Positions 49,487 to 59,159 of a DNA stretch of 64,000 nt are shown piece after piece. The number at the start of each line of letters is the position of its first letter. Positions within the stretch are counted from its first letter, which is position 1. This DNA is from Elusimicrobiota bacterium (GTDB lineage: Bacteria; Elusimicrobiota; Elusimicrobia; F11): positions 320,001 to 384,000 of the forward strand of contig JBGAON010000002.1 in assembly GCA_044221725.1 (NCBI GenBank), given 5' to 3'. The notes under the pieces are model-generated. The model saw nothing but the letters and a program-made list of their open reading frames with translations, was not told where the DNA came from and made no database searches. The position numbers and the translations under genes were made by a program.

Positions 49487-49858
49487 ATGAAATCCAACCG
49501 TTTCAAACACGTATTGAAAGTGACTTTTGTTGTTTCCATTTTTGTAGCGCTCGTGGGGCCGCGCGCGATCGCCAGTCCGTGCGACGCTGATGTCGATAAA
49601 TTTTGTGGCGATGTTCAGCCCGGTCACGGTTCGATTGCGGGTTGCCTGCAATCGCAAGAAGCAAATTTGTCGTTTCAGTGCCGCGATTGGCTAAAAAAAA
49701 TTGATGCGTCATTGAGAAAGATTGGTAACGCTTGTGTGTCCTCGGCCCGCGAATATTGCCGCGATGTGCGCCCGGGTTACGGTCGTGTCAAAGGTTGCCT
49801 CATGAACAACTTCGACAAACTCCCGAAAGATTGTCAGGACGCTTTGAAAGCGCACTAG
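49487..49858 (+). CDS. Exported cysteine-rich repeat (GLG1-like) protein
   Basis: Two copies of C-x7-C..V.PG.G...CL...L...C. Confidence 0.8.
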   Translation: MKSNRFKHVLKVTFVVSIFVALVGPRAIASPCDADVDKFCGDVQPGHGSIAGCLQSQEANLSFQCRDWLKKIDASLRKIGNACVSSAREYCRDVRPGYGRVKGCLMNNFDKLPKDCQDALKAH

Positions 49859-49859
49859 T

Positions 49860-50378
49860 ATGCATCGATTTTCGAAAACTCTCGTCCTCGTTTCACTTGT
49901 CGGCTTCGCCGCGGTATCGTCACAGGCGTCAGTGACCGCTGGGAAAAACTGGTTCGGCCAGGGCCGAACCCGATTATCGATCTATGGCGGTGCCGCATCG
50001 AACCTTAATCAGACCTATGGCTTGATTGGAATCGGAGCGGGATATTTCATCTTGAACGGCCTCGAAGCCGGAATTGATGGGGAGGTCTGGTTCGGCAACG
50101 ATCCGAACATTTACAAGATCACACCAGAAGTTCGTTACGTATTTTGGCGTATGCAGCGAATCAAGCCGTATGTGGGTGGATTTTACCGCCGAACGATTTA
50201 CGAACATCTTGATGATGTTGATTCGTACGGTGGTCGCGCCGGCCTTTTCACCGCTATGGGGGGCCACGCCTACGCCGGCGTGGGAATGGTTTACGAACGA
50301 CTCGCCAATTGCAACGAGACCAAATACAAATCCTGCGATTCTTCTTATCCGGAAATTTCCTTCTCGGTGGGTTTCTAA
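49860..50378 (+). CDS. Small outer-membrane beta-barrel
   Basis: Signal peptide, alternating aromatic strands, C-terminal Phe. Confidence 0.7.
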   Translation: MHRFSKTLVLVSLVGFAAVSSQASVTAGKNWFGQGRTRLSIYGGAASNLNQTYGLIGIGAGYFILNGLEAGIDGEVWFGNDPNIYKITPEVRYVFWRMQRIKPYVGGFYRRTIYEHLDDVDSYGGRAGLFTAMGGHAYAGVGMVYERLANCNETKYKSCDSSYPEISFSVGF

Positions 50379-51137
50379 ATGAAAAAAACACTTCGCTTGT
50401 TGGCCGTTCTTTTCTGCTCGTTTGTTGCGGTGGAAACGGTGTTGGCGCAATCCGGAGAACCTCTTCGCGTGGGCGTCGCCCCCACAAGCCCGCCCATCCG
50501 ATTTTGGGAACAAAATAAGATAGTGGGACTCGAAGTGGATTTCGCTGAAGCTCTCGGGAAAGAACTGGGGCGGCCCATCGAATACGTCGATATGAAATTT
50601 TCACAGCTCATTCCCTCGTTGATTCATGGTGACATCGACATTATTATGTCCGGCATGTCGGTCACGCACGTGCGAAGTTTGCAGATCGCGTTTTCGGATC
50701 CTTACCTGAGAGTTCGTCAAATGGCTCTCGTGCGCGCGGAAGACAAAAACAATTTCTTGAGCACCATGGACATTGTGATGACGGACAAACGTGTGGGCGC
50801 CAAAGAAAACACGACAGCCGAGTTCCTTATAGTTCAGGAATTCCCGAACGCGAAAAAGACCCTGTTCAAAAGTCCCGAAGATGGCGCCAGCGCGCTAAAA
50901 AAGAAGAAAATTGATCTCATGATCATGGATTCGCCCTACGTATGGTGGTCCACGACAAGGAACGAAGGGAAATTGGTTCCGTTGCCCTATGGTTTGACGG
51001 AAGAAGCCTTGGCGTGGGGCGTGAACCGAACCAACACCGATCTTTTGGCCTCGGTCAACGCCGCGCTAGCAAAATGGAAAACAAACGGGCAATGGACGCA
51101 GATTATCAACAAATGGATACCGGGCTTTCAACAATAG
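50379..51137 (+). CDS. Polar amino-acid substrate-binding protein (SBP family 3)
   Basis: GLEVD, LIPSL..GDIDIIMSGMS, FSDPY, INKW. Confidence 0.88.
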   Translation: MKKTLRLLAVLFCSFVAVETVLAQSGEPLRVGVAPTSPPIRFWEQNKIVGLEVDFAEALGKELGRPIEYVDMKFSQLIPSLIHGDIDIIMSGMSVTHVRSLQIAFSDPYLRVRQMALVRAEDKNNFLSTMDIVMTDKRVGAKENTTAEFLIVQEFPNAKKTLFKSPEDGASALKKKKIDLMIMDSPYVWWSTTRNEGKLVPLPYGLTEEALAWGVNRTNTDLLASVNAALAKWKTNGQWTQIINKWIPGFQQ

Positions 51138-51183
51138 CTAAGGGAATCGATCTTAAAATTATGTTTCAACGAAGGAGACAATC

Positions 51184-51762
51184 ATGAAAGGAAGTTGGTT
51201 AGTAGCAGCAGCATTGATGGCAGCACCGGTTTTTGCGGCGGAGACGCCGGCAGCGGAGAAACCGAAACCAGGTGTTCTCGAAGCCGCCGCGGCAACGATG
51301 ACGGCCACGGTTGAGAAAATTGACTATAAGACGCGCGAAATTACGTTGAAAGGCGAAAATGGAAACGTGGTAACGATGGTTGCCGGTCCCGAAATCGTAC
51401 GTTTCAACGAGATTAAGAAAGGCGACACGATCCAGGCAGATTATTTGGAAGCCGTTGCCGTGATGGTCTCTTCGCCGAGCGATAAAGTCGCCACCGCCGA
51501 AGGTTCGCAATCCGCTCTGGTCCGCAACAAAACCAAGAAACCTTCTGCGACAATGGTACAAACCGATGTTGTGACCGCTACCGTTGTGAAAGTGGACGCA
51601 AAAGCGCGTAAGGCCACCTTGAAAGGTCCGGACGGCAATACGTTCGATGTCGAAGTTGCTCCCGATGTGGAACATCTCGAAAACGTGAAGAAAGGCGATC
51701 AAGTGCTTGTGAAAGTGACGCGCAGCCTCGCGCTCGCGGTTCATCCGTCGACAAAGAAATAA
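51184..51762 (+). CDS. Periplasmic protein with a tandem OB-fold-like repeat
   Basis: Signal peptide and two ATV.K.D.K.R..TLKG..G...KKGD repeats. Confidence 0.75.
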   Translation: MKGSWLVAAALMAAPVFAAETPAAEKPKPGVLEAAAATMTATVEKIDYKTREITLKGENGNVVTMVAGPEIVRFNEIKKGDTIQADYLEAVAVMVSSPSDKVATAEGSQSALVRNKTKKPSATMVQTDVVTATVVKVDAKARKATLKGPDGNTFDVEVAPDVEHLENVKKGDQVLVKVTRSLALAVHPSTKK

Positions 51763-51773
51763 TCTTCGATCAG

Positions 51774-51857
51774 CGTCATCCCGGCATGCTTCTTGGCCGG
51801 GATCCAGGTTTTCTCATGGAACACCTGGGCCCCGGCCAAAAACATGCCGGGGCGACG
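51774..51857. repeat. CGTC-ended palindromic (REP-like) element
   Basis: CGTCATCCCGGCATG..TTGGCCGGG.. pairs with ..CCCGGCCAA..CATGCCGGGGCGACG. Confidence 0.8.
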
Positions 51858-51879
51858 ACTCTTTAATAAGGGGGCAATA

Positions 51880-52527
51880 ATGGGCAACAATAAAAAAGTT
51901 TGGCTGGCGATATTCTTCTCAATTGCAATTTTTTCGACGTCCGTCTCCCAAGGTGAACTGAACGGTCCATATTCTTTCGGATTTTCTCTGAATATTCCGG
52001 CCACGGTTGGTGACACGTCCAATGCGTTAAAGAACGGATTTGGTTTTGGAATGGATTTTGGCTACCGGAACGAAGACAGCCCGTTGGGAATTCGCCTCGA
52101 TATGGTTTACGACAATTACAGTTTAACGAGCGACGTGCTCCGTCAGATTAACTTCGCGGATTCTGGTTACGCAACGACCTGGGGCTTTGATATGAGCGCG
52201 GTGCTCACTCCGCGCAACGCGGGCAAGGTTCGTCCTTATATTCAAGCAGGACCCGGATTTTATTACCAATACGCACAAGCAAGTCGTTTCGCAGGAAACG
52301 GGGGCTACGTGTGCGATCCGTGGTTCGGCTGTTATCCGGTGAGCACGAGCCAAACACTTGTTGATTGGAGCACCTGGCGCCTTGGATGGATGGGGGGTGC
52401 CGGCATTGGAATCGAGTTCGATAACGGTGGCGCGCTCACGCTTCAAGCGCAATATCACCGCATCAACAACACGCGCACCGATACCGAATTTATGCCGATC
52501 GCGCTCGGTTATCGCTGGAGTTTTTGA
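51880..52527 (+). CDS. Outer-membrane beta-barrel
   Basis: Signal peptide from ATG 51880, RPY..AG.G, a CDPWFGC loop, C-terminal Phe. Confidence 0.78.
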   Translation: MGNNKKVWLAIFFSIAIFSTSVSQGELNGPYSFGFSLNIPATVGDTSNALKNGFGFGMDFGYRNEDSPLGIRLDMVYDNYSLTSDVLRQINFADSGYATTWGFDMSAVLTPRNAGKVRPYIQAGPGFYYQYAQASRFAGNGGYVCDPWFGCYPVSTSQTLVDWSTWRLGWMGGAGIGIEFDNGGALTLQAQYHRINNTRTDTEFMPIALGYRWSF

Positions 52528-52602
52528 TGTCATCGCGAGGAGGCATCCTTAAATTCGAATAATTAATAGCCGACGTGGCGATCTCCCGCGGAGATTGCCG
52601 CG
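52528..52602. repeat. Degenerate RPE/CGTC-like palindromic element
   Basis: TGTCATCGCGAGG...CGACGTGGCGATCTC/GAGATTGCCGCG; the right end is missing. Confidence 0.55.
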
Positions 52603-52615
52603 GCCGGCATTTATT

Positions 52616-53683
52616 ATGAATTTTATGGAGGCTGTCCTCGCAACGACGGCCGTTTTCATTTTTTTTGCAAGTGGTAATTCGTTCGTATTGGCTGGCGACT
52701 TTGAGCGAACGATTCCAAACAGCAACAAGCCCGCAGTTTCTGCTCCAGCGGGCATGGTGTGGATTCCCGGCGGTGAGTTTTCAATGGGCAGTACCGCCTC
52801 CAGTGAAGCGCTCTGCCAATTGCACGGTGTAACGCGCGACGCGCTGCCGGTGCACCGTGTGTATGTGGACGGCTTTTGGATGGACGCGACCGAAGTCACC
52901 AACGCCGATTTTGAAAAGTTTGTGAAAGCGACTGGTTACGTGACGATCGCCGAACGCGCGCCCACCAAAGAAGAGTTTCCGACAGCGCCTCCCGAAAATC
53001 TTGTTGCCGGTTCCACGGTGTTCACGCCAACGAAGGAACCAGTTCCTCTCGATGATTATTTCCAATGGTGGCGGTACGAAAAGGGGGCAAATTGGCGTCA
53101 CCCCGAAGGTCCGAATTCAAATATTAAAGGGAAGGAAAATTATCCGGTGGTTCAAGTCGCGTACGATGATGCGATCGCGTACACGCGCTGGGCCGGCAAG
53201 CGTTTGCCGACCGAAGCCGAATGGGAATTCGCTGCGCGCGGGGGCCTCAGTGGAAAGCTTTATGCGTGGGGAAATGATTTTCATGGGAATGGAAAACCAT
53301 TGGCAAACACATACCAGGGAAAATTTCCGATGAAAGACACCGCTGAGGATGGCTTCGCCGGATTGGCCCCCGTGAAATCGTTTCCATCCAACGGGTACGG
53401 ACTCTTTGATGTGGCCGGAAACGCGTGGGAGTGGACCAGCGATTGGTACAGGCCCGATTATTATGCGGAATTGGCTGCGACCGGAAGAGTGGCGCGCAAT
53501 CCCAAAGGCCCGCAATCTTCTTTTGATCCGGCAGAGCCGACCGAACGAAAGAAAGTGCATCGCGGAGGTTCGTTTTTGTGCACCGATCAATACTGCACAC
53601 GGTATATGGTGGGCACGCGCGGAAAAGGCGAAGTGAGCACCGCCTCAAACCATGTTGGATTCCGCTGCGTGAAAGGAAACTAA
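52616..53683 (+). CDS. Formylglycine-generating enzyme (FGE) family protein
   Basis: IPGGEFSMG, EVTN, RLPTEAEWE, GNAWEW, RGGSFLCTDQYC, GFRC; hydrophobic N-terminus. Confidence 0.9.
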   Translation: MNFMEAVLATTAVFIFFASGNSFVLAGDFERTIPNSNKPAVSAPAGMVWIPGGEFSMGSTASSEALCQLHGVTRDALPVHRVYVDGFWMDATEVTNADFEKFVKATGYVTIAERAPTKEEFPTAPPENLVAGSTVFTPTKEPVPLDDYFQWWRYEKGANWRHPEGPNSNIKGKENYPVVQVAYDDAIAYTRWAGKRLPTEAEWEFAARGGLSGKLYAWGNDFHGNGKPLANTYQGKFPMKDTAEDGFAGLAPVKSFPSNGYGLFDVAGNAWEWTSDWYRPDYYAELAATGRVARNPKGPQSSFDPAEPTERKKVHRGGSFLCTDQYCTRYMVGTRGKGEVSTASNHVGFRCVKGN

Positions 53684-54132
53684 CGTTCGGTTTTGTTGTG
53701 TGAGACCGGAAGGGCAATCGCGCGGCGGTAAAAGAAATACGCCAATGTTAGAGCCCCAATAACCGCCGCAAGTCCCGCTAATTGGGCGGCGGTTGTTTCG
53801 TGCAGATTTAAACTGATCACGTGCCGCGAAATTGCGATGAGCGAAACAGAAAGCACCACTTCGACATGGATCGCTTGGTCGTCCAGATACATTTTGATGG
53901 TTTGCATCAGTTCGATTCCAATGAGAATGAGTAAAAATCCGGCGAACACTTTGTGCAGGATAAAGATATCGTCGTCGGGACCAAGGCTTAGCGGATTAAA
54001 AATTATTGCCTTGCCGATCAAAAACGCAAAGTGAACCGTCGAGAACAAAAGAACAAGCATCATTAATGCGAGCAAGCCGACAACAATTGCGCGCTCGAAC
54101 GTGCCGTAGATTTTGCCAAACGTGTTTCTCAT
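53680..54132 (-). CDS. PsiE-family membrane protein
   Basis: Four TMs; LIGIELMQTI, IAISRHVI. Confidence 0.8.
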   Translation of the reverse strand: MRNTFGKIYGTFERAIVVGLLALMMLVLLFSTVHFAFLIGKAIIFNPLSLGPDDDIFILHKVFAGFLLILIGIELMQTIKMYLDDQAIHVEVVLSVSLIAISRHVISLNLHETTAAQLAGLAAVIGALTLAYFFYRRAIALPVSHNKTER

Positions 54133-54163
54133 GGAGCGAAGAAATCCTATAACTTAGACAACC

Positions 54164-54775
54164 ATGAACCAATCCCCCGTTGCCCGATTTTTCCGCTACG
54201 CCTTGGTCGGTGCCGTGATGTACTTGTTGCCGATCACCGTGGTGGTCGTACTGTTTGGAAAAGTTCTTAAAGGCGCGCGTGCCATCGCACGGCCGGTGGC
54301 CGAAAGAATTCCGGTTGAATCCGTAGCGGGCGTTGGGGTCCTGACGGCGTTGGCCGTCTTCCTTATCGTGTTCGGTTGTTTTCTTGCCGGCTATTTTTCG
54401 AAACGCACCGGCAAGTGGCGACAGATTCAGAAATTGGAAGACAGTTTTCTGTGCTACATCCCCGGATATATTTTGCTGCAAAGTTGGGCCGCTGGAATGG
54501 CCGGCGTGGCCAGCGATCGCTCGGCGACCGTGGTGCTTGCGAACATAGAAGAGGCGTGGCAGCCCGCTTATTTGATTGAAACGTTGGAAGATGGAAATCA
54601 CGCGGTGCTCGTGCCCGGGGCACCGTCGCCTTTTTCAGGATCAATATTTTATTTGCCGGAAAATCGAATCAAACGATTAAATGTGCCGTTTGGAAAAGTT
54701 GCGCGGGTGGTGCGCCGGTTCGGCGCCGGATCACGCGAGATGTTAAAAGGGGAAAAACTGGAATATGAGAAATAA
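54164..54775 (+). CDS. DUF502-like membrane protein
   Basis: LLPI, IPGY, VLVPGAPSPFSG. Confidence 0.75.
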   Translation: MNQSPVARFFRYALVGAVMYLLPITVVVVLFGKVLKGARAIARPVAERIPVESVAGVGVLTALAVFLIVFGCFLAGYFSKRTGKWRQIQKLEDSFLCYIPGYILLQSWAAGMAGVASDRSATVVLANIEEAWQPAYLIETLEDGNHAVLVPGAPSPFSGSIFYLPENRIKRLNVPFGKVARVVRRFGAGSREMLKGEKLEYEK

Positions 54776-55529
54776 GCTTTTGTTGGCTTTGGTTTTGTTT
54801 GGTGCTTCTTGTCTTTACGCCGACGACAATCCGACCGGGTATTTGCGATTTGATTATTGGGGGTATGGAGTGAAGGGGAACGCAACAGCCAAGGGCGCCT
54901 CGGTCGACGTAAGCGATTCTCAGCGCGCGTTCAACGGAAACAATTGGGGCGTGATCATCGGAGGAGAGGGACGTTTTGACCGTTGGGGCCTCAACATGGA
55001 CTTGTTTTTTGGCCGGCAACTGAACGTGCAACGCACGAGCAATTCACAAACGGTGAACTTTGATGCCGAGTACGCAATTCTTACGACCGGCGCTTTTTAT
55101 CCATTTGTTGATAAGGAAGTGGACGGAACCGATATGCATTTTCTGCTCGACGGTTTCGCCGGCCTTCGCGCATATTCAAACCAGTACAAAGTGCAATACG
55201 AACCTTTTAATCCCGGCAACAATCAAGACAAGTCGGCCTATCAGAATTGGGTTGAACCGTATCTCGGACTTCGTCTAACGTCGAAATTAACGCACTCGCT
55301 CGCGGTGGAACTGTATGGCGACGCCGGAGGATTTGCGATTGGGGATGCGGCGAAGCTTTCGGTTCTCACGCGCGCCAATCTTGTGTGGACCGTCATTCCA
55401 GACTTGAATCTTATTGGTGGTTACCGCGTGTTTGATTTGGAAACCGCGAACGATGAAAGCGCTCGGAAAACGGAATTGGACATGCGCATGCAAGGCGTGA
55501 CGCTCGGCGTTGAGTGCCGGTTCCACTAG
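54765..55529 (+). CDS. Outer-membrane beta-barrel
   Basis: Signal peptide; WVEPYLG, GDAGGF, GYR. Confidence 0.75.
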   Translation: MRNKLLLALVLFGASCLYADDNPTGYLRFDYWGYGVKGNATAKGASVDVSDSQRAFNGNNWGVIIGGEGRFDRWGLNMDLFFGRQLNVQRTSNSQTVNFDAEYAILTTGAFYPFVDKEVDGTDMHFLLDGFAGLRAYSNQYKVQYEPFNPGNNQDKSAYQNWVEPYLGLRLTSKLTHSLAVELYGDAGGFAIGDAAKLSVLTRANLVWTVIPDLNLIGGYRVFDLETANDESARKTELDMRMQGVTLGVECRFH

Positions 55530-56161
55530 TGCTTCAGAAATCCCTTCGCTGATAGATCCTTTCGCACCTCACCGGCAATCGAACGGATAAGATCCTCGAG
55601 GTTTGCGGAGTTAAATGTTTCCGACTCGGCCGACCAAATCTTTTTTCCATCGGTTGAAAATATCCGAATTTGCAGCGCCACCGTTTTTGAGTCAGCCAGA
55701 TGTCCCGGCGCCACCACGGTGCCATACATGCGCTGGTATTCCACATCAAACGAGTTCTCTCCAGGTTCCGGTTGATAACTTGTGTTCAGTTGAATCGAAA
55801 TGAGTCGGCAGGCGAGAATTGAATCGAAGTCCGTTCCCTTGATGGCATTTTTTACGGATTCCCGGTTTATGTCTTGAATGCCCGGCAATAGTTTAAAACT
55901 TGCTTCGGCCTTTCCGCCGCGATCGCGAATGGCTTTCGTGAGTGCGGTTTCGAATCGTTCCCGTTGGCGTGGGTCTTCGGTGACGCCGATCACGAGAACT
56001 TTTTTGAGCGGCAGCTGATCGTATTGGTGATCAAACCACACGACATTCAAGTGCGAATGGGCGGCCAACGCCACCGAGCCAAGCGCCATCAACATTGTTG
56101 TGGTGAGGATCAGTAAATGGTGGATATTTCGGTTATTTAAGCGTTTAATTGTGACGTTCAT
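55526..56161 (-). CDS. Exported hypothetical protein (possibly DUF4136-like)
   Basis: Signal peptide; KKVLVIG, R..FE, IWSA.SET; fills the gap between + strand genes. Confidence 0.65.
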   Translation of the reverse strand: MNVTIKRLNNRNIHHLLILTTTMLMALGSVALAAHSHLNVVWFDHQYDQLPLKKVLVIGVTEDPRQRERFETALTKAIRDRGGKAEASFKLLPGIQDINRESVKNAIKGTDFDSILACRLISIQLNTSYQPEPGENSFDVEYQRMYGTVVAPGHLADSKTVALQIRIFSTDGKKIWSAESETFNSANLEDLIRSIAGEVRKDLSAKGFLKH

Positions 56162-56190
56162 TTGAATCCATGTCTTTTAAGGGGTGACGT

Positions 56191-57396
56191 ATGGCTTATA
56201 TGAAAAAAATTAGTTCCGTTGCTGTTGTCGTTGGTTTGTTGATGATGGCATCGGTCGTGTTCGCCGAATCGAAGCCGTCGTTCGAAGTCTACGGTTTCGC
56301 GCAGGTGGATTACATTCAGGATTTTAACCGCGTGAACCCGGCATGGGACGCGACGTTGCGACCCAGTCGAATTCCGACGACCGAAGGCACCTACGGCAGC
56401 GATGGGCAATCAATCCTAAGCGCGCGTCAGAGCAAATTGGGCGTGCAATCGACTTTGCCAACCTCCGCTGGTGACGTTTACACCAAATTTGAATTCGATT
56501 TGTTCGGTGTCGGAGTCGATGAGGGGCAAACCACGATTCGTTTGCGCCACGCCTATGGACAACTCGGTCACGTGTTGGCCGGACAGACAAACTCGGTATT
56601 CATGGACGGCGATATCTTTCCGAACACGATCGATTACTGGGGGCCGGCGGGAATGGTTTTCTTCCGCACACCGCAGATCCGCTGGACGCAAGGATCGGAT
56701 CACACGGTCTTTAATATCGCGATCGAACACGCCACCGACGATATCGACACCGGACAAATTCGAAATTTTGATCCCGCGCTCGGAAGCGCCATCACAAACG
56801 ATGAGAAAGTCCCGGATCTCACGGCAAACGTCAGAGAAAAAGGAGATTGGGGCCACGTACAGCTCGCCGGTATTCTACGGCGCATCGGCTACGACACGCC
56901 GGGTACCGTTGATAACAAACCGAAAGGCCATGAAATGGGTTGGGGCTTGGATCTCACCTCGAATTTGAACATTCGCAAGAACGATCATTTGAAACTCGGC
57001 GTCGTATGCGGACAAGGCATTGCGAGCTACATGAACGATGGTGGAATGGACTTGGCGCCCGAAGTGGCGGGTTCGTCTCCGACAGCGAAAGCGGTTCCGC
57101 TCGTTGGTGTGTCCGCTTACTACGACATCGCGTGGACTGAGAAATGGTCCAGTTCATTGGGTTACAGCTTCACAAAAGTCAGCAACACGGATTTTCAAAC
57201 CGGAAGCGCGTTCCACCTTGGTCAGTACGCTTCTGCGAACGTGATTTATTACCCAGCGAAAAACGTGTTCTATGGCCTCGAGTATTTGTTTGGTCGTCGC
57301 GAAGATAATGATGGGAAAGCGGGCCAAGATCAGCGCGTCCAACTTTCCGCGCATTACGGTTTCTCCAGCAACGACTTCTTCTCACCGAATAAATAA
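56191..57396 (+). CDS. DcaP-family outer-membrane porin
   Basis: VYGF...D, RQSKLG, FEFD, RLRHAYG, AGQT, IDYWGP, PDL. Confidence 0.88.
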   Translation: MAYMKKISSVAVVVGLLMMASVVFAESKPSFEVYGFAQVDYIQDFNRVNPAWDATLRPSRIPTTEGTYGSDGQSILSARQSKLGVQSTLPTSAGDVYTKFEFDLFGVGVDEGQTTIRLRHAYGQLGHVLAGQTNSVFMDGDIFPNTIDYWGPAGMVFFRTPQIRWTQGSDHTVFNIAIEHATDDIDTGQIRNFDPALGSAITNDEKVPDLTANVREKGDWGHVQLAGILRRIGYDTPGTVDNKPKGHEMGWGLDLTSNLNIRKNDHLKLGVVCGQGIASYMNDGGMDLAPEVAGSSPTAKAVPLVGVSAYYDIAWTEKWSSSLGYSFTKVSNTDFQTGSAFHLGQYASANVIYYPAKNVFYGLEYLFGRREDNDGKAGQDQRVQLSAHYGFSSNDFFSPNK

Positions 57397-57407
57397 GGAG
57401 GCATGTC

Positions 57408-58439
57408 ATGATCGTTCGAAACGACAAACTGTCCTCTGCGTTTAGAGTTCTCGTGGCGTTGGGTTTCATCACCATCACAGGGTTTTCACACGCAGCGGAA
57501 TTAAAAAAGACCGAAGTTGATGCGGCGCTCAACCAGGCTTACACGAAGTTTAAAGATCTCAAAGAGGGCAAGAACGCCGATTACATTCCGGCGCTTGCCA
57601 AGGTTCCTTCGAATTACTACGGCATCGCGCTCGTGACCGTGGACGGACAAGTTCATCAGATCGGCGATATCGACAAGCTGTTCTCGATCCAGTCAATCTC
57701 AAAAGTGTTTACGATGGCGCAGGTGATGCAGGAATCCGGCGAACAAGTTGTTGAAGATGGTGTCGGCGTGGACGCCACCGGACAAGTGTTCAACTCCATC
57801 GTCGCTATTGAGCAGTTCAAGGGGCACGAAATGAACCCGTTTGTGAATCCGGGGGCGATTGCAACGACGAGCAACGTTAAAGGCGCAACGGCCGATGAAG
57901 TGTGGGCAAAGATCATCGGAATCCACAGTGATTTTGCTGGGCGTCCGCTCGATGTGAATCAGGAAGTTTATAAATCAGAATCCGACACGAACCAACGCAA
58001 CCGTGCGATCGGTGCATTGATGTATGCCTACGGTTTGATCAAAGATAAACCCGAGCAAGCGGTGGATCTCTACACGCGCCAGTGTTCAATCAATGTGAAC
58101 GCGAAAGACTTGGCTGTTATGGCGGCTACGCTCGCAAACGCCGGAAAAAATCCGGTCACAAAGAAACAAGTCATCGACCAAAAACACGTGCCGGGCATTC
58201 TCGCTGTAATGTCGACGGCCGGACTCTACGACGATTCCGGAAAATGGCTGTTCGTGACCGGTCTCCCGGCGAAAAGTGGCGTTGGTGGTGGAATTATCGC
58301 TGTGTCGCCAGGGAAATTCGGCATCGGTGTGTTCTCGCCTCCGCTGGACGCGGCCGGAAACAGCGTGAAGGCGCAGAAAGCGATTGCCGAGATTTCGAAC
58401 CGGCTTGGTGGCAACCCTTATAAAGTAACTCCGAAATAA
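57408..58439 (+). CDS. glsA: Glutaminase A with a signal peptide
   Basis: ADYIPAL, SIQSISK, NPFVNPGA, Y..QCS, GLYD.SG, PAKSGVGGG. Confidence 0.92.
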   Translation: MIVRNDKLSSAFRVLVALGFITITGFSHAAELKKTEVDAALNQAYTKFKDLKEGKNADYIPALAKVPSNYYGIALVTVDGQVHQIGDIDKLFSIQSISKVFTMAQVMQESGEQVVEDGVGVDATGQVFNSIVAIEQFKGHEMNPFVNPGAIATTSNVKGATADEVWAKIIGIHSDFAGRPLDVNQEVYKSESDTNQRNRAIGALMYAYGLIKDKPEQAVDLYTRQCSINVNAKDLAVMAATLANAGKNPVTKKQVIDQKHVPGILAVMSTAGLYDDSGKWLFVTGLPAKSGVGGGIIAVSPGKFGIGVFSPPLDAAGNSVKAQKAIAEISNRLGGNPYKVTPK

Positions 58440-58454
58440 AGGTTCGTTTGTTTT

Positions 58455-59159
58455 GTGCAGCAATGCCGGCGGTTTGGAAGCGTCATCTGTTTTGTTTTCC
58501 TGTCCGCCGGCATTTTTTTTCCGGTCGTTGGATTCGCTGATTTAAGGACCGTTCCGGAACTAAGTTTGTATCTCACGCACAGCTCTCTGCTTCGCAGCCG
58601 ATTCGCTGCGAATACGACCTGGTCGGACGATAAATCAGAATTCACGAACGCCGGGTTCGAATACGATCTTGACATCAGTTTGCTCTCGTATTTTCGTCGT
58701 TACGTGTTTAAGGATCCGAACGTTGAGAAATCAAAACGCGTGAGCTTTCGACTTGGATACGCTTATCTGCCGGAAATTACCGATGGGAACAAAAACGTCG
58801 ACGAGAAGCGTGGGCTCGGTGAAATTACGTTTCGGTTTCCGCTCGGAAGCGCTTGGTTGTTGTCCGACAGGAATCGCGGAGAAATTCGCAGCATTGGAGG
58901 CAACGAATCCGGTCGTTACCGTAACCGTCTGCGGCTGGAACGGAACATTGCGATAAAAAAGTTTCGAATGACGCCGTACGCCAACGCGGAAGGGTACTAC
59001 GATGGAAAAACCGATGAATGGAACCAAGCGGACGCGACATTGGGTGCCGAGTTTCCGTGGCGGTATCAAACCATTCTCGAATTCTATTTTACGTGGCAAT
59101 TTACGCACCGAATCAGTGATAATCAGCTGCTCGGAGTGACACTCCAAAAACATCTATGA
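58455..59159 (+). CDS. DUF2490-like outer-membrane protein
   Basis: DRNR.E.R, RYRNRLR, PY...E.YY. Confidence 0.72.
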   Translation: MQQCRRFGSVICFVFLSAGIFFPVVGFADLRTVPELSLYLTHSSLLRSRFAANTTWSDDKSEFTNAGFEYDLDISLLSYFRRYVFKDPNVEKSKRVSFRLGYAYLPEITDGNKNVDEKRGLGEITFRFPLGSAWLLSDRNRGEIRSIGGNESGRYRNRLRLERNIAIKKFRMTPYANAEGYYDGKTDEWNQADATLGAEFPWRYQTILEFYFTWQFTHRISDNQLLGVTLQKHL

